This document shows, in pieces, positions 7,845 through 16,355 of a stretch of 61,350 nt of DNA. Source of the DNA: Candidatus Moraniibacteriota bacterium. Lineage in GTDB: Bacteria; Patescibacteriota; Minisyncoccia; Moranbacterales; UBA1568. Every line of letters begins with the position of its first letter. Position 1 is the stretch's first letter. The translations under genes were made by a program, and so were the position numbers. The notes below the pieces were generated by a model. The model did not search any database. It was not told where the DNA came from and saw nothing but the letters and a program-made list of their open reading frames with translations. The stretch covers positions 1 through 61,350 of the forward strand of contig JBAXOD010000005.1 of the NCBI GenBank assembly GCA_037133435.1. Direction: 5' to 3'.

Positions 7845-8150
7845 CATTTGAGAATTTTAAATTGCCTGTTCACTGTTATCTGCTCACTGATTCCGTTCCC
7901 AACCCGTTACCTATTCTGTTGTCAGTTGTGAGTTATCAGTTGTTTGTTTCCCTTGCCACCCCGTAACCTTGGCGCAGGCTGGGTTCTATTAAAAAAATTA
8001 CAAAATGTAAAAATTAAAAATTGTCTTTGTTCTCTGTTCCAGTTTCGAAATTCGAAATTCAATCCGCCAGCTGGCGGACAAAATTGCTCTTAGTTCCATG
8101 CTCACTGATTCTGTTCCCAACCCGTTAACCCGTGAACTCGTTAACCGAAC
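7845..8150. repeat. Intergenic concatemer of 7-9-mer periodic tracts and short palindromes
   Basis: CTCACTGATT.(C/T)GTTCCCAACCCGTTA twice (cores at 7895 and 8113), GTTGTCAGTTGTGAGTT, AAAAATTACAAAAT...AAAAATTGTC, TTCGAAA repeats, and the palindromes at 7955-7983 and 8062-8078. Confidence 0.8.
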
Positions 8151-8224
8151 AACTCCCTCTTCTTTAAAAAAACAGCCCGCATCAATGTATTGATACGGAC
8201 CCCTCGTTCGAAAAACGAGACCTT

Positions 8225-8842
8225 CTATCCCGAAACGAGTGCGATGTTACGCATCAGGAACATGCCGAATTTCTGTCTGAGAATTTCTTCCCACTGCAGC
8301 CGCGACTCTTGGGTACTTCCCGATCCCCGACGGAACAATACGTCAAGAAAGTCGATTCCATCGGTTCGCGGATTTCGATGGATTTCCTCGACAGCGGAAA
8401 TATCAATGAGCGAAAGACCGATCTTAGTGTTATACGGAACGGATTCGATCCGCTTCGCCCTGGAACTGGCCGCGACACATAGATGTAGCGAACAGATTTT
8501 TCCCGAAATCGCATGGAGGAAATCCTCGGCGGCATGTGGGGAACCCTTCAGTACGGAATACACCGTTCCCTCGCATACGACGACGGCCCCGGCGCCGAGC
8601 GAGACCTTCGATTCGTTCTTACTGCTCGGCAGCTTCGCAAGCTCGTGCACGGTACGTGTCGCCATGTTTTCGGCAAGCGTGCGGCCGTATCGCCATTCTT
8701 TCATCGATCCGATTTGGACCGTCGGCTCGATATCGATATGGTCATCCACCGGCGATAATTCCGTCAGACCGAGGACGCGCCTGAACAGATCGTGCATGTC
8801 GGCGAAATGGATCTTTTCTTGCAGATTCTTCATATTCTTCAT
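8225..8842 (-). CDS. Divergent Maf-like (ITPase fold) protein 1
   Basis: LGAGAVVVCEG...HAAEDFLHAISGKICSLHLCVAA aligns by eye with Maf IGADTMVCLDG...EEAASMLRRLSGRSHSVITAVSI. SD-like GGGAG upstream and its own promoter. Confidence 0.6.
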   Translation of the reverse strand: MKNMKNLQEKIHFADMHDLFRRVLGLTELSPVDDHIDIEPTVQIGSMKEWRYGRTLAENMATRTVHELAKLPSSKNESKVSLGAGAVVVCEGTVYSVLKGSPHAAEDFLHAISGKICSLHLCVAASSRAKRIESVPYNTKIGLSLIDISAVEEIHRNPRTDGIDFLDVLFRRGSGSTQESRLQWEEILRQKFGMFLMRNIALVSG

Positions 8843-8897
8843 ACCGTTTACTCCCGTCTAATGGTTGCGTGACTTCTTGGTAAAAAACAGCCGATGT

Positions 8898-8926
8898 ATC
8901 CTATCGTATTGGAAAGACCCTGTCAA
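8898..8926 (-). promoter_or_regulatory. sigma70 promoter of Maf-like 1
   Basis: TTGACA-N17-TAGGAT. Confidence 0.75.
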
Positions 8927-8953
8927 AGCGACGGGCGTTTCTTGGGAGGCTAT

Positions 8954-8982
8954 TTGACGCAATCGCATCGAACCGGTATGAT
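8954..8982 (+). promoter_or_regulatory. sigma70 promoter of the divergent orphan gene
   Basis: TTGACG-N17-TATGAT. Confidence 0.75.
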
Positions 8983-9042
8983 ATGGCATTCTTTAACAAA
9001 AAGGCGTCTGGCAGATTCATCAAAAAAAATTGGAGGTTAGGG

Positions 9043-9723
9043 ATGGGCAATAAAAAGATTTTCTCACTCGACCCGAGAACGTTTACGGATAAGACTTTCT
9101 GGGGATATCGGGATCCCGCTCTTCTCATCGAACGTCGAATCGATGAAAAAGAAGACGGGCTGGTCCCGGGCGATCTCGTTCTCTCGCCCATGGTCCGAGG
9201 CGGGAACAGGAAACGGGTACCCATGTCGGTATCATTCCAGCATGATCCGTTCGTCGACGGACCGTCTGTCCGAACTCCGATCCTTCCGCCCGGACACAGG
9301 ATATCCGGATCGCTCGGAAGCGCGTTCCATGGGATCATCGAGTCGGTGGTCGTCCCCGGCCGGGATATGAGACATCCGGGAAAACCCGTTCCCATAAGTC
9401 TCGTGCTCATGAATGCGGAACCGGTCGAGACACGCCACGCATACCTGTACTTCCGGACCGGCAACGGAGTCATCGTGGAATCGAACAAGATCATTCACGA
9501 TCATTCCGTCCTTACGACTCTCTACCGGGATTTTCACTCCAGTGCCATCCCGAAAAAAGATTTTTTCGCGCTTCCGTTTCTCCCGAAGAAGGAAAGGGAA
9601 CAGTACATCCCGAAAGAACACCGGGACGATTGGAACAGAGGATATAGGCCGATGGATCCGAAAACCAGAAGTCGACTGCTCGATCAGGTCCGAAGAACGA
9701 CCGCGTGCTCCCGATCGATCTGA
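9043..9723 (+). CDS. Hypothetical protein (226 aa)
   Basis: GGAGGT SD 5 nt before the ATG at 9043. The listed start at 8983 abuts the -10 box. A terminator lies downstream. Confidence 0.75.
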   Translation: MGNKKIFSLDPRTFTDKTFWGYRDPALLIERRIDEKEDGLVPGDLVLSPMVRGGNRKRVPMSVSFQHDPFVDGPSVRTPILPPGHRISGSLGSAFHGIIESVVVPGRDMRHPGKPVPISLVLMNAEPVETRHAYLYFRTGNGVIVESNKIIHDHSVLTTLYRDFHSSAIPKKDFFALPFLPKKEREQYIPKEHRDDWNRGYRPMDPKTRSRLLDQVRRTTACSRSI

Positions 9724-9732
9724 ATCGCAGAT

Positions 9733-9775
9733 AAAAAAATAACAAGACTGTACAGTGTACAGTCTTGTTTTTTAT
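9733..9775. terminator. Bidirectional intrinsic terminator
   Basis: Perfect inverted repeat AACAAGACTGTACA-G-TGTACAGTCTTGTT with A/T tracts, between convergent genes. Confidence 0.85.
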
Positions 9776-9797
9776 TGACCGATACTCGGACTTCGGA

Positions 9798-10463
9798 CTA
9801 TCGAATAACTCTTTCCTTCACGCTTTCGACATCCGGCAGTTTTTGATTCGGAGCGATCAGACATCCGATTTCGTCCATTTTGCGTAGCCTCTCCAGAATT
9901 CTTGCGCAAATGAGTTCGACGTCGTCCTCCGGAGATTCGAGCAGTTCCGAAAAATATCCGGAAAACGGCTCCGACGGTCCGGATATCGCAAGTTCGGACT
10001 TCACAATCGAAATACTATCGATATCCGTTTCCAACATCACACGAACACAGAGCTCCTCCGAAAAAGTCTCGGGAGCGTTCATATTCCCGTTTGAACACAA
10101 AGCCATACCAACGACAAGATGATAATCGTCCCCGGCAAAGACATTCAGAAACCGCTGCAAATCAACAATCGTAGCGAGATCGATGATCTTCTTTTCTGTT
10201 ATATCCGTCGCTACGAACGATACACCGATTATGACGGATGTCGGCGGATGGTTATTTTCCTCGGCAAGTACGGCTTCTTCGGCGAGTCGCTGCGCTTTTT
10301 CACATGGCTTGGTAGCCGGATCGAAACGAATGATTGATGTGCCGGCTGGAACGAAATGAGCGGAAACTCTAAAAAACTTTTTCAACACTTCAAGAACACA
10401 TTCTGTTCCCTTTGTTCCGACCAAGACAACTTCCCGGACTACTGGCGTTAAAGTCATAGTCAA
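9798..10463 (-). CDS. Divergent Maf-like protein 2
   Basis: PCEKAQRLAEEAVLAEENNHPPTSVIIGVSFV resembles Maf [37 protein letters not shown] SD upstream. Confidence 0.55.
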   Translation of the reverse strand: MTMTLTPVVREVVLVGTKGTECVLEVLKKFFRVSAHFVPAGTSIIRFDPATKPCEKAQRLAEEAVLAEENNHPPTSVIIGVSFVATDITEKKIIDLATIVDLQRFLNVFAGDDYHLVVGMALCSNGNMNAPETFSEELCVRVMLETDIDSISIVKSELAISGPSEPFSGYFSELLESPEDDVELICARILERLRKMDEIGCLIAPNQKLPDVESVKERVIR

Positions 10464-10508
10464 TTCCTCCGTCTAAGTGAAAAAAAATTGTTCAACAACT
10501 GTGCCCGG

Positions 10509-10537
10509 ATAATAGCAGAATACAGCCACTCTGTCAA
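10509..10537 (-). promoter_or_regulatory. sigma70 promoter of Maf-like 2
   Basis: TTGACA-N17-TATTAT. Confidence 0.8.
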
Positions 10538-10708
10538 TCCTAACGGGCAACGAAAGGGACGGCTCACGCAAATAAGAAAAAATAATACGAGAGTTTACGA
10601 ACGCGTTGTCGTAACGGCATTCGGGACGAAATACAGAAAAGGGACCGTAAGATAATCGAAAAGGCTCATCGTTCGACGAGCCTTTCGGTTTTTATGAGAA
10701 AAGAGCCT

Positions 10709-11506
10709 TTAAGCGTTTACACCGACCTTATGTTCCGCATTCCACGCGGCCTGCCAAGCGCTTGGGGCATTTGGATCGACATGTTCAACGGCAAAATACC
10801 GCAGAGCGCGTTTTTGTGGAATATCCGCACCTTTCCTTTTCACATGATCCACAGTCGTACCGACCGGGTGCTTCATGGCGATATTCATTGATTTCTCGAT
10901 CACATTCCCTTTTCCCGTTCTCATCAATACGGCAAGTCCGTTGATCATCCTGAGCAATGCTTCACCTAGAGAACGGTTCAAAGACTCATGATCCCGGATA
11001 TAACATTCCGGATGGGTCGTATACGGATTCACCGGTCTGATGGCCGGTTGATCTGACATTTTTTTCCATACCATCTGCCGTATTCTCGTCTGGTCCGAAA
11101 TCGTGTCATATGGTCCGATCTTTGCCGTATCACTGTATATCTTGCCGTTATTGGATAAACAGACTCCGAGCCAAAAGCTCACGGAATGGTCACGCATATC
11201 CGGAGGATTCCACGCTTTTTCATTCGACAGGATTGACCCGTCGCTGAGTTCGGCAATCAGCATGACCCCGATAATCAGACTTTCCGGACTTTCGGTATCG
11301 ATATATTCGATGGCCTTGCGTAGAGCGCCCTGTTCCGCGAGAATCTGCGGCGAAAGCTTACGTTTCGCGCCGATATTCGTAAAGCGCGCGGTATTCACGC
11401 TCCGTGTCCTGATATTCGGATCAAATCCGAAATTTTGTAAAACGGGTGAAATCCGGGACAGTTGGGAATCGGTGAACCCGTAAAATCCGGCCATGATAGT
11501 CGGCAT
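10709..11506 (-). CDS. Divergent Maf-like protein 3
   Basis: SPQILAEQGALRKAIEYIDTESPESLIIGVMLIAELSDGSIL and GVCLSNNG parallel Maf and paralog 2. AAGGAG SD upstream. Confidence 0.5.
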   Translation of the reverse strand: MPTIMAGFYGFTDSQLSRISPVLQNFGFDPNIRTRSVNTARFTNIGAKRKLSPQILAEQGALRKAIEYIDTESPESLIIGVMLIAELSDGSILSNEKAWNPPDMRDHSVSFWLGVCLSNNGKIYSDTAKIGPYDTISDQTRIRQMVWKKMSDQPAIRPVNPYTTHPECYIRDHESLNRSLGEALLRMINGLAVLMRTGKGNVIEKSMNIAMKHPVGTTVDHVKRKGADIPQKRALRYFAVEHVDPNAPSAWQAAWNAEHKVGVNA

Positions 11507-11555
11507 AGTAAACTCCTTTATTTATATTTTTAAAATACGCACACGATACTCGGAA

Positions 11556-11584
11556 ACCTTATCCGATTTTCACGGAATAGTCAA
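11556..11584 (-). promoter_or_regulatory. sigma70 promoter of Maf-like 3
   Basis: TTGACT-N17-TAAGGT. Confidence 0.65.
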
Positions 11585-11701
11585 TGCGTGTGCAGAACCC
11601 GGTGTCCAGTTTCGTTCATAACTCCGTTCGCTCAAATTCCGAAGTTCCTGAAAAAAAATATCGACGGGTAAGCTTTCTCGCTTACCCGCCGACAAACACC
11701 G

Positions 11702-12382
11702 TCACGATCCCGAATTTGCCAGGAGACTTTTTCGGGAAGATGCCTTCGGAGCGGACAAGAATTCCTCGATGGCAAGCCCGACAAGACCAAAAAACCGGCC
11801 ACGTTCTTCCTCGACATCGGTAATGATCTGAGAACAGATCGGGTTCGTCAACGGGCGATTGCCCGGAGAAGCCGCCCGCGCTCCCAATGCGCCGATACCA
11901 TAGGTCAGAGTCCGGATAGCCTTTTCGGTCAGGGATTCGACATGCAATCCTATCGCGCGTTGACCCGTACCACGTTCGATAAAAATACCATTGACGAGCT
12001 TTCCATACGTCATTTCCACATGGTAGGTGAACGCTCCGCCAGCCGCCAACGCCCGATAGACGCGTGCCAACTCGGCTTCATTCATACACATCGGTATTTC
12101 CTTTCCGTCTTGTGTATGCGCCAACGCTATCGAATGGAAACCCACCACATCGAACCCTTCGAACCGGCGGATATCCTCGATGCTTTTCGCCTTCAATCGG
12201 GAAAGCTCCTGTGCAGCCTCACATGGATGATGCGGAAGATGTAGAATCTCTTCCGGATAGATTTCTTTTAGGAACCCGTTGTTCCAACCTTCCGGCACTA
12301 TCGGATCGAAGCCTCTCGCTATGAGGGCTTCCCTGAAAATCGACGCTTTCCCCGCGCCTGGCACGATGATTTTTTTCAACAT
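11702..12382 (-). CDS. Divergent Maf-like protein 4
   Basis: PCEAAQELSRLKAKSIED, SLTEKAIRT and GRFFGLVGLAI resemble Maf [27 protein letters not shown] and GDYYSVMGLPI. Start moved to MLKKII, downstream of the promoter. Confidence 0.65.
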   Translation of the reverse strand: MLKKIIVPGAGKASIFREALIARGFDPIVPEGWNNGFLKEIYPEEILHLPHHPCEAAQELSRLKAKSIEDIRRFEGFDVVGFHSIALAHTQDGKEIPMCMNEAELARVYRALAAGGAFTYHVEMTYGKLVNGIFIERGTGQRAIGLHVESLTEKAIRTLTYGIGALGARAASPGNRPLTNPICSQIITDVEEERGRFFGLVGLAIEEFLSAPKASSRKSLLANSGS

Positions 12383-12432
12383 TCGATTCCTTGATTTTTT
12401 GTTAAATAAAAATTGCCGTAAACGACCAAAAG

Positions 12433-12461
12433 AGGATACCAAACGGGTACCTTTTCGTCAA
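12433..12461 (-). promoter_or_regulatory. sigma70 promoter of Maf-like 4
   Basis: TTGACG-N17-TATCCT. Confidence 0.65.
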
Positions 12462-12501
12462 ACCAAGCAAGGTTCCCGGCACAAAAAAGCGACAGAAATT
12501 C

Positions 12502-13278
12502 CTACATCTCCTCGGCGACACGCGGGGCGAGCTTATTGTAGGAGAAGATACCGGACAGGAAGAAGAGCAGGACGGTGACGATGAAGACGGCGCTCTTCCA
12601 CGGATCCGCGAAGTGCGCGTTGATGAGTGCCTCCTTGGAAAAGTGGATGATGAAGGCGATCGGATTGATGAGGAGGATCTGCTGGGCCCAGAGCGGCATC
12701 ATCTGGAGCGAATAGAAGACCGGGGTCGCGTAAAAGAGGATCTGCAACAGGACTTCCCAGATCATCGAGAGGTCGCGGAACCGGACGAACAAGGGAGCGG
12801 TCAGGAGCGCGAACGCGAGCACGATGACATAGATGAGGACGGAGAACAGGAGAAAGAGCGCGATGGCCGGAACGGTGGGCATAAACCGGCTCCAGACGAA
12901 GAAAGCGACCACGACCACGAGGTTCATTATGTAGATCATGGCGGCGTTCAGGGTGGAGGCCGTGACGATGGTCCAGCGCGGGATGTAGATCTTCGTCACG
13001 AGCTGGGATTTGCTCACCAAAGACTGCATGCCGGCACTCGTGCCCTCGGAAAAGAAGTTGAACATGAGGATACCCACGAGGAGCTGGAGCGAGTAATGCT
13101 CCATCCCCTGCCCACGGTTCACGAAGATGGACGTGAAGACGAAATTCAGGATGGCAAAGGTCAGAAGCGGCTTGAGCAACGCCCAGATATAGCCCAAAAA
13201 GGACCCCTGATAGCGGAGTTTGAAATCGGTCTTGGCGAGCATCCAGATAAGCTCGCGGTAGTTCTCGTGTTTCTTCAT
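12502..13278 (-). CDS. wzm: ABC-2 type transporter permease (Wzm/TagG family)
   Basis: LAKTDFKLRYQGSFLGYIWALLKPL, RDLSMIWEVLLQILFYATPVFY and six transmembrane segments. Confidence 0.92.
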   Translation of the reverse strand: MKKHENYRELIWMLAKTDFKLRYQGSFLGYIWALLKPLLTFAILNFVFTSIFVNRGQGMEHYSLQLLVGILMFNFFSEGTSAGMQSLVSKSQLVTKIYIPRWTIVTASTLNAAMIYIMNLVVVVAFFVWSRFMPTVPAIALFLLFSVLIYVIVLAFALLTAPLFVRFRDLSMIWEVLLQILFYATPVFYSLQMMPLWAQQILLINPIAFIIHFSKEALINAHFADPWKSAVFIVTVLLFFLSGIFSYNKLAPRVAEEM

Positions 13279-13382
13279 ATTCCCAGTATAGCGCCCCTCC
13301 CGAATGGAAGCCAGAGGTCACCGGATACGGAAAAATATATACAAAAAACCTTTCCGGGGCTCTTCGGGCGGAATATGAGCGA

Positions 13383-13778
13383 TCAGCGGTTCATCGACGT
13401 GATCGTGAACTGAAGCGTCGTCGCAAACAGGACCCACAGAAGGTAGGGAATGTTCGCGTAGGTAATCCACCGCTCGAAGGGAAAAATCGCGATCATCGCC
13501 CACGCGAGCGTCACGAGGATCAGGAGGCAGTCCACTCCGGCCAACAGGTTATTGCGCATGCCGAACTGGATCGGCGAGAACGCCATATTGAACACGAGGT
13601 TCAGGATGAACGGTAGCAGGACGATGAACGGGATCTTGCCCGAAAAGAACAACCGGACAGCCTGACCGAAAGAAATCGCGATCAGGATATAGAGTACCGT
13701 CCATGCCGGACCGAACACCCACGACGGCGGTGCCCAGGTCGGTTTGGTGAGCGACGAATACCAGGAATATTGGTTCAT
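13383..13778 (-). CDS. tspO: TspO/MBR family protein
   Basis: WYSSLTKPTWAPPSWVFGPAWTVLY and PYLLWVLFAT. Confidence 0.95.
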   Translation of the reverse strand: MNQYSWYSSLTKPTWAPPSWVFGPAWTVLYILIAISFGQAVRLFFSGKIPFIVLLPFILNLVFNMAFSPIQFGMRNNLLAGVDCLLILVTLAWAMIAIFPFERWITYANIPYLLWVLFATTLQFTITSMNR

Positions 13779-13811
13779 ATGAATTTTTCAAAGATACGTA
13801 CGGATACCCAT

Positions 13812-13940
13812 GTCGCAGGTTCAGAGTCGTTCCCTGAACCATGCAGTTTACCGATTCATCGCAGGTTCAGAGTTGTACTCTGAACCACACAGTTTACCGT
13901 CGCAGGTTCAGATTTGTACTCTGAACCGTGCAGTTTACGA
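13812..13940. repeat. Three tandem REP-like hairpin units of about 41 bp
   Basis: TCGCAGGTTCAGA-N7-8-CTGAACC-N3-CAGTTTAC at 13813, 13859 and 13900. Confidence 0.9.
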
Positions 13941-14001
13941 TCGATGTATAACTCCGACTTGGCAAACCAGCCTCTTCAAAATTTTTCGCAGAGCAAACGA
14001 A

Positions 14002-14535
14002 TCATTCTTCCCGTCGGAATACCCGCAAGATACCGAAGGCGAGGACCGATCCGCCGAGCGCGGTCGCGAGCTGCAACCAGCCGAACATCGCAAGCACCGT
14101 GGAAAAGAGCGCGGAACCGGAAAACAGGGTCGTCGCGGATATGATCCCGACGACGGCCAGGAACACGAACTTGAGCAGGCTCCCAAGCGCGGCGGAAAGC
14201 GCGAAGTTCCCGTATTTCCGGAAGGTGAAGTGAACGGTCGCGATGAGGATGATATTGCCCGCAACGATGAACGGGATCAGCGGGATGAACGGCGTCGGCA
14301 GCTGCCCGCGAAACGCCGCGACGATGCTCGGCAGAACGGCGACGAGGAGCGCTTCGGCGCTCACGCCGAAATACATCGCGGCCAAAACAAGCGCCATGTT
14401 CACGAATACCCCGGTTATCGGTTGCGCGAAAAACAAGGGAGACACGACGACGGTCCCGACCAGAAGCACCGTCTTCAGGAGAACGGCTGTGCGATCGTTC
14501 CCGATTTCCGCGACCGCGGTTTTTTCAGAGTTCAT
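14002..14535 (-). CDS. Membrane protein resembling an ECF transporter S-component
   Basis: About five transmembrane segments and QPITGVFVNMALVLA. It overlaps the hydrogenase stop codon. Confidence 0.6.
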   Translation of the reverse strand: MNSEKTAVAEIGNDRTAVLLKTVLLVGTVVVSPLFFAQPITGVFVNMALVLAAMYFGVSAEALLVAVLPSIVAAFRGQLPTPFIPLIPFIVAGNIILIATVHFTFRKYGNFALSAALGSLLKFVFLAVVGIISATTLFSGSALFSTVLAMFGWLQLATALGGSVLAFGILRVFRREE

Positions 14536-16267
14536 AGGGTTCCTTTGAATTCTTAAGCTTTTTCACGATTCTCCGACGCTTCTTCGAGTACGAGGTATGG
14601 AGGATCTTTTTCCGCGTCTCCTCGTCGGCAAGGTGATCCCGGTAGATGTCCGCGACAGCTTTATTCTCGTGCGCCCGCCGCATCGTCTTGTCCCGGTCTA
14701 TGTCATAGAGCGCCTGTGCCCGTTTCCATATCGCTTCCTTGGAAGAGGGTATCGGCTGCCCGCCGCCGCCCACACATCCGCCCGGGCACGTCATGACCTC
14801 CACCGCGTCATACGCCTGCGGGTTTTCCCGGAGCTCATCGAGGATCATTCTCGCGTTGTGGAGCCCGCTCACCACGGCGAGCCGCACCGTTTTGCCGTTG
14901 ATGTCGATCTCTTTTCGTTTGATGCCCTCGTGCCCGCGGATTTCCCGGACCGCCCCGTCGGGAATATTCTCCCCCGTCGCGCGGAAATACGCGGTCCGGA
15001 GCGCGGACTCGAACACCCCGCCGGAAGAGCCGTAAATCACTCCGGCGCCCGACGGGTCACCGAGCGGATCGTCGGCCGGCTCCGGGTCGAGACGCCCCAG
15101 ATCGATGCCGCGTTTCTTGAACAGCCGGGCAAGCTCGCGCGTCGTGAGCACCCGGTCCACCGGGAAGAGCCCGTCGATCTTCAGTTCCTCGCGTCGCACC
15201 TCGTATTTCTTGGAAACGCACGGCATGATCGACACGACGACGATGTCTTCCGCTTTGCGACCGATGCGTTCCGGCAGGATATGTTTCACGATGCCGCCGA
15301 GCATGATCTGCGGCGAACGCGACGTCGCGAGATTGGGCAGGAATTCCGGATAGAAGAACTCGACGAACCGGACCCACGACGGGCAGCACGACGTCATCGC
15401 CGGAAGGTTCTCGCCGCTTGCGAGCCGCTCCAGGAGTTCCCCCGCCTCCTCTATGGTGGTGAAGTCCGCGGCGGATGCGGTATCGAAAACGTGATGAAAC
15501 CCGAGCGCGCGAAGCCCCGCCGAAAGCTTGTCCGTGACGATCTCACCGGGACGATATCCGAATTCTTCGCCGATGCTCGTCCGGATGGACGGAGCGAACT
15601 GCGCGACCATCACCTTGCTCCCGTCCTCGAACAGTCGCTCGAGCTCCTCGAATTCCCCCACGCCCTCGATAGCGCCCACCGGGCAATGGATGACGCACTG
15701 CGCGCAATTGATACATTCCTTACTCTTGTCGTCGGTGAGTCGCATCTTGCCGTCCTCGCGCATCTCGAGATATCCCGTCGGACAGACCAGGGTGCAGTTG
15801 CCGCATCCGATGCATTTCGTCTGGTCGAAGACGATCGCGCCCGACTGGAGGATCTCGTCTTGTTCGCGACGGATCGCGGACGGCTTCGCTTGGTATTCCC
15901 TGACCAGTTCGAGCAGATGACACTTCTGCAAGAATACGCAATCGTCGCATTCCAACAGATGATGCCCCAAAATGGAATCAAGGTTCTTCTTTCGTTCTTC
16001 GATGAGCGCCAGGGACTCGGTCGTGATGTCCATCCCCTCTTCGGCGATCGTCGCGCAGGCCCGAACGGTATCCTGGCGACCCGCGACCGAAACGACACAC
16101 ATGCCGCACGTGCCCGACGGCGGCAGATCCGGATGATTGCACAATGTCGGAATCGCGACTCCGAATCGCTTCGCGGCCTCAAGAATGGTCGTGCCCTGCT
16201 CGGTCACGACCTGTCGCCCGTTTATGGTGAAAGTGACGGTTTCCATGTGTCTTTGTTTCAACTCCAT
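14525..16267 (-). CDS. hydA: Monomeric group A [FeFe]-hydrogenase (2Fe-2S, His/Cys 4Fe-4S, 2x4Fe-4S and H-cluster domains)
   Basis: H-cluster motifs TSCCPSW, MPCVSKKYE and EVMTCPGGCVGGGGQP. Accessory cluster motifs CxxCxxCxxxCP (twice), HxxECDDC and IPTLCNH. The listed extension to 16621 is probably non-coding. Confidence 0.93.
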   Translation of the reverse strand: MELKQRHMETVTFTINGRQVVTEQGTTILEAAKRFGVAIPTLCNHPDLPPSGTCGMCVVSVAGRQDTVRACATIAEEGMDITTESLALIEERKKNLDSILGHHLLECDDCVFLQKCHLLELVREYQAKPSAIRREQDEILQSGAIVFDQTKCIGCGNCTLVCPTGYLEMREDGKMRLTDDKSKECINCAQCVIHCPVGAIEGVGEFEELERLFEDGSKVMVAQFAPSIRTSIGEEFGYRPGEIVTDKLSAGLRALGFHHVFDTASAADFTTIEEAGELLERLASGENLPAMTSCCPSWVRFVEFFYPEFLPNLATSRSPQIMLGGIVKHILPERIGRKAEDIVVVSIMPCVSKKYEVRREELKIDGLFPVDRVLTTRELARLFKKRGIDLGRLDPEPADDPLGDPSGAGVIYGSSGGVFESALRTAYFRATGENIPDGAVREIRGHEGIKRKEIDINGKTVRLAVVSGLHNARMILDELRENPQAYDAVEVMTCPGGCVGGGGQPIPSSKEAIWKRAQALYDIDRDKTMRRAHENKAVADIYRDHLADEETRKKILHTSYSKKRRRIVKKLKNSKEPYEL

Positions 16268-16355
16268 TGTACTCCGGCGACCAGGCGAGGTAAAGCATAT
16301 ATTCGAGAATAAGGAAATGTCGGGAAGAGATCGACAAAAAACCGGCACCGTGATT

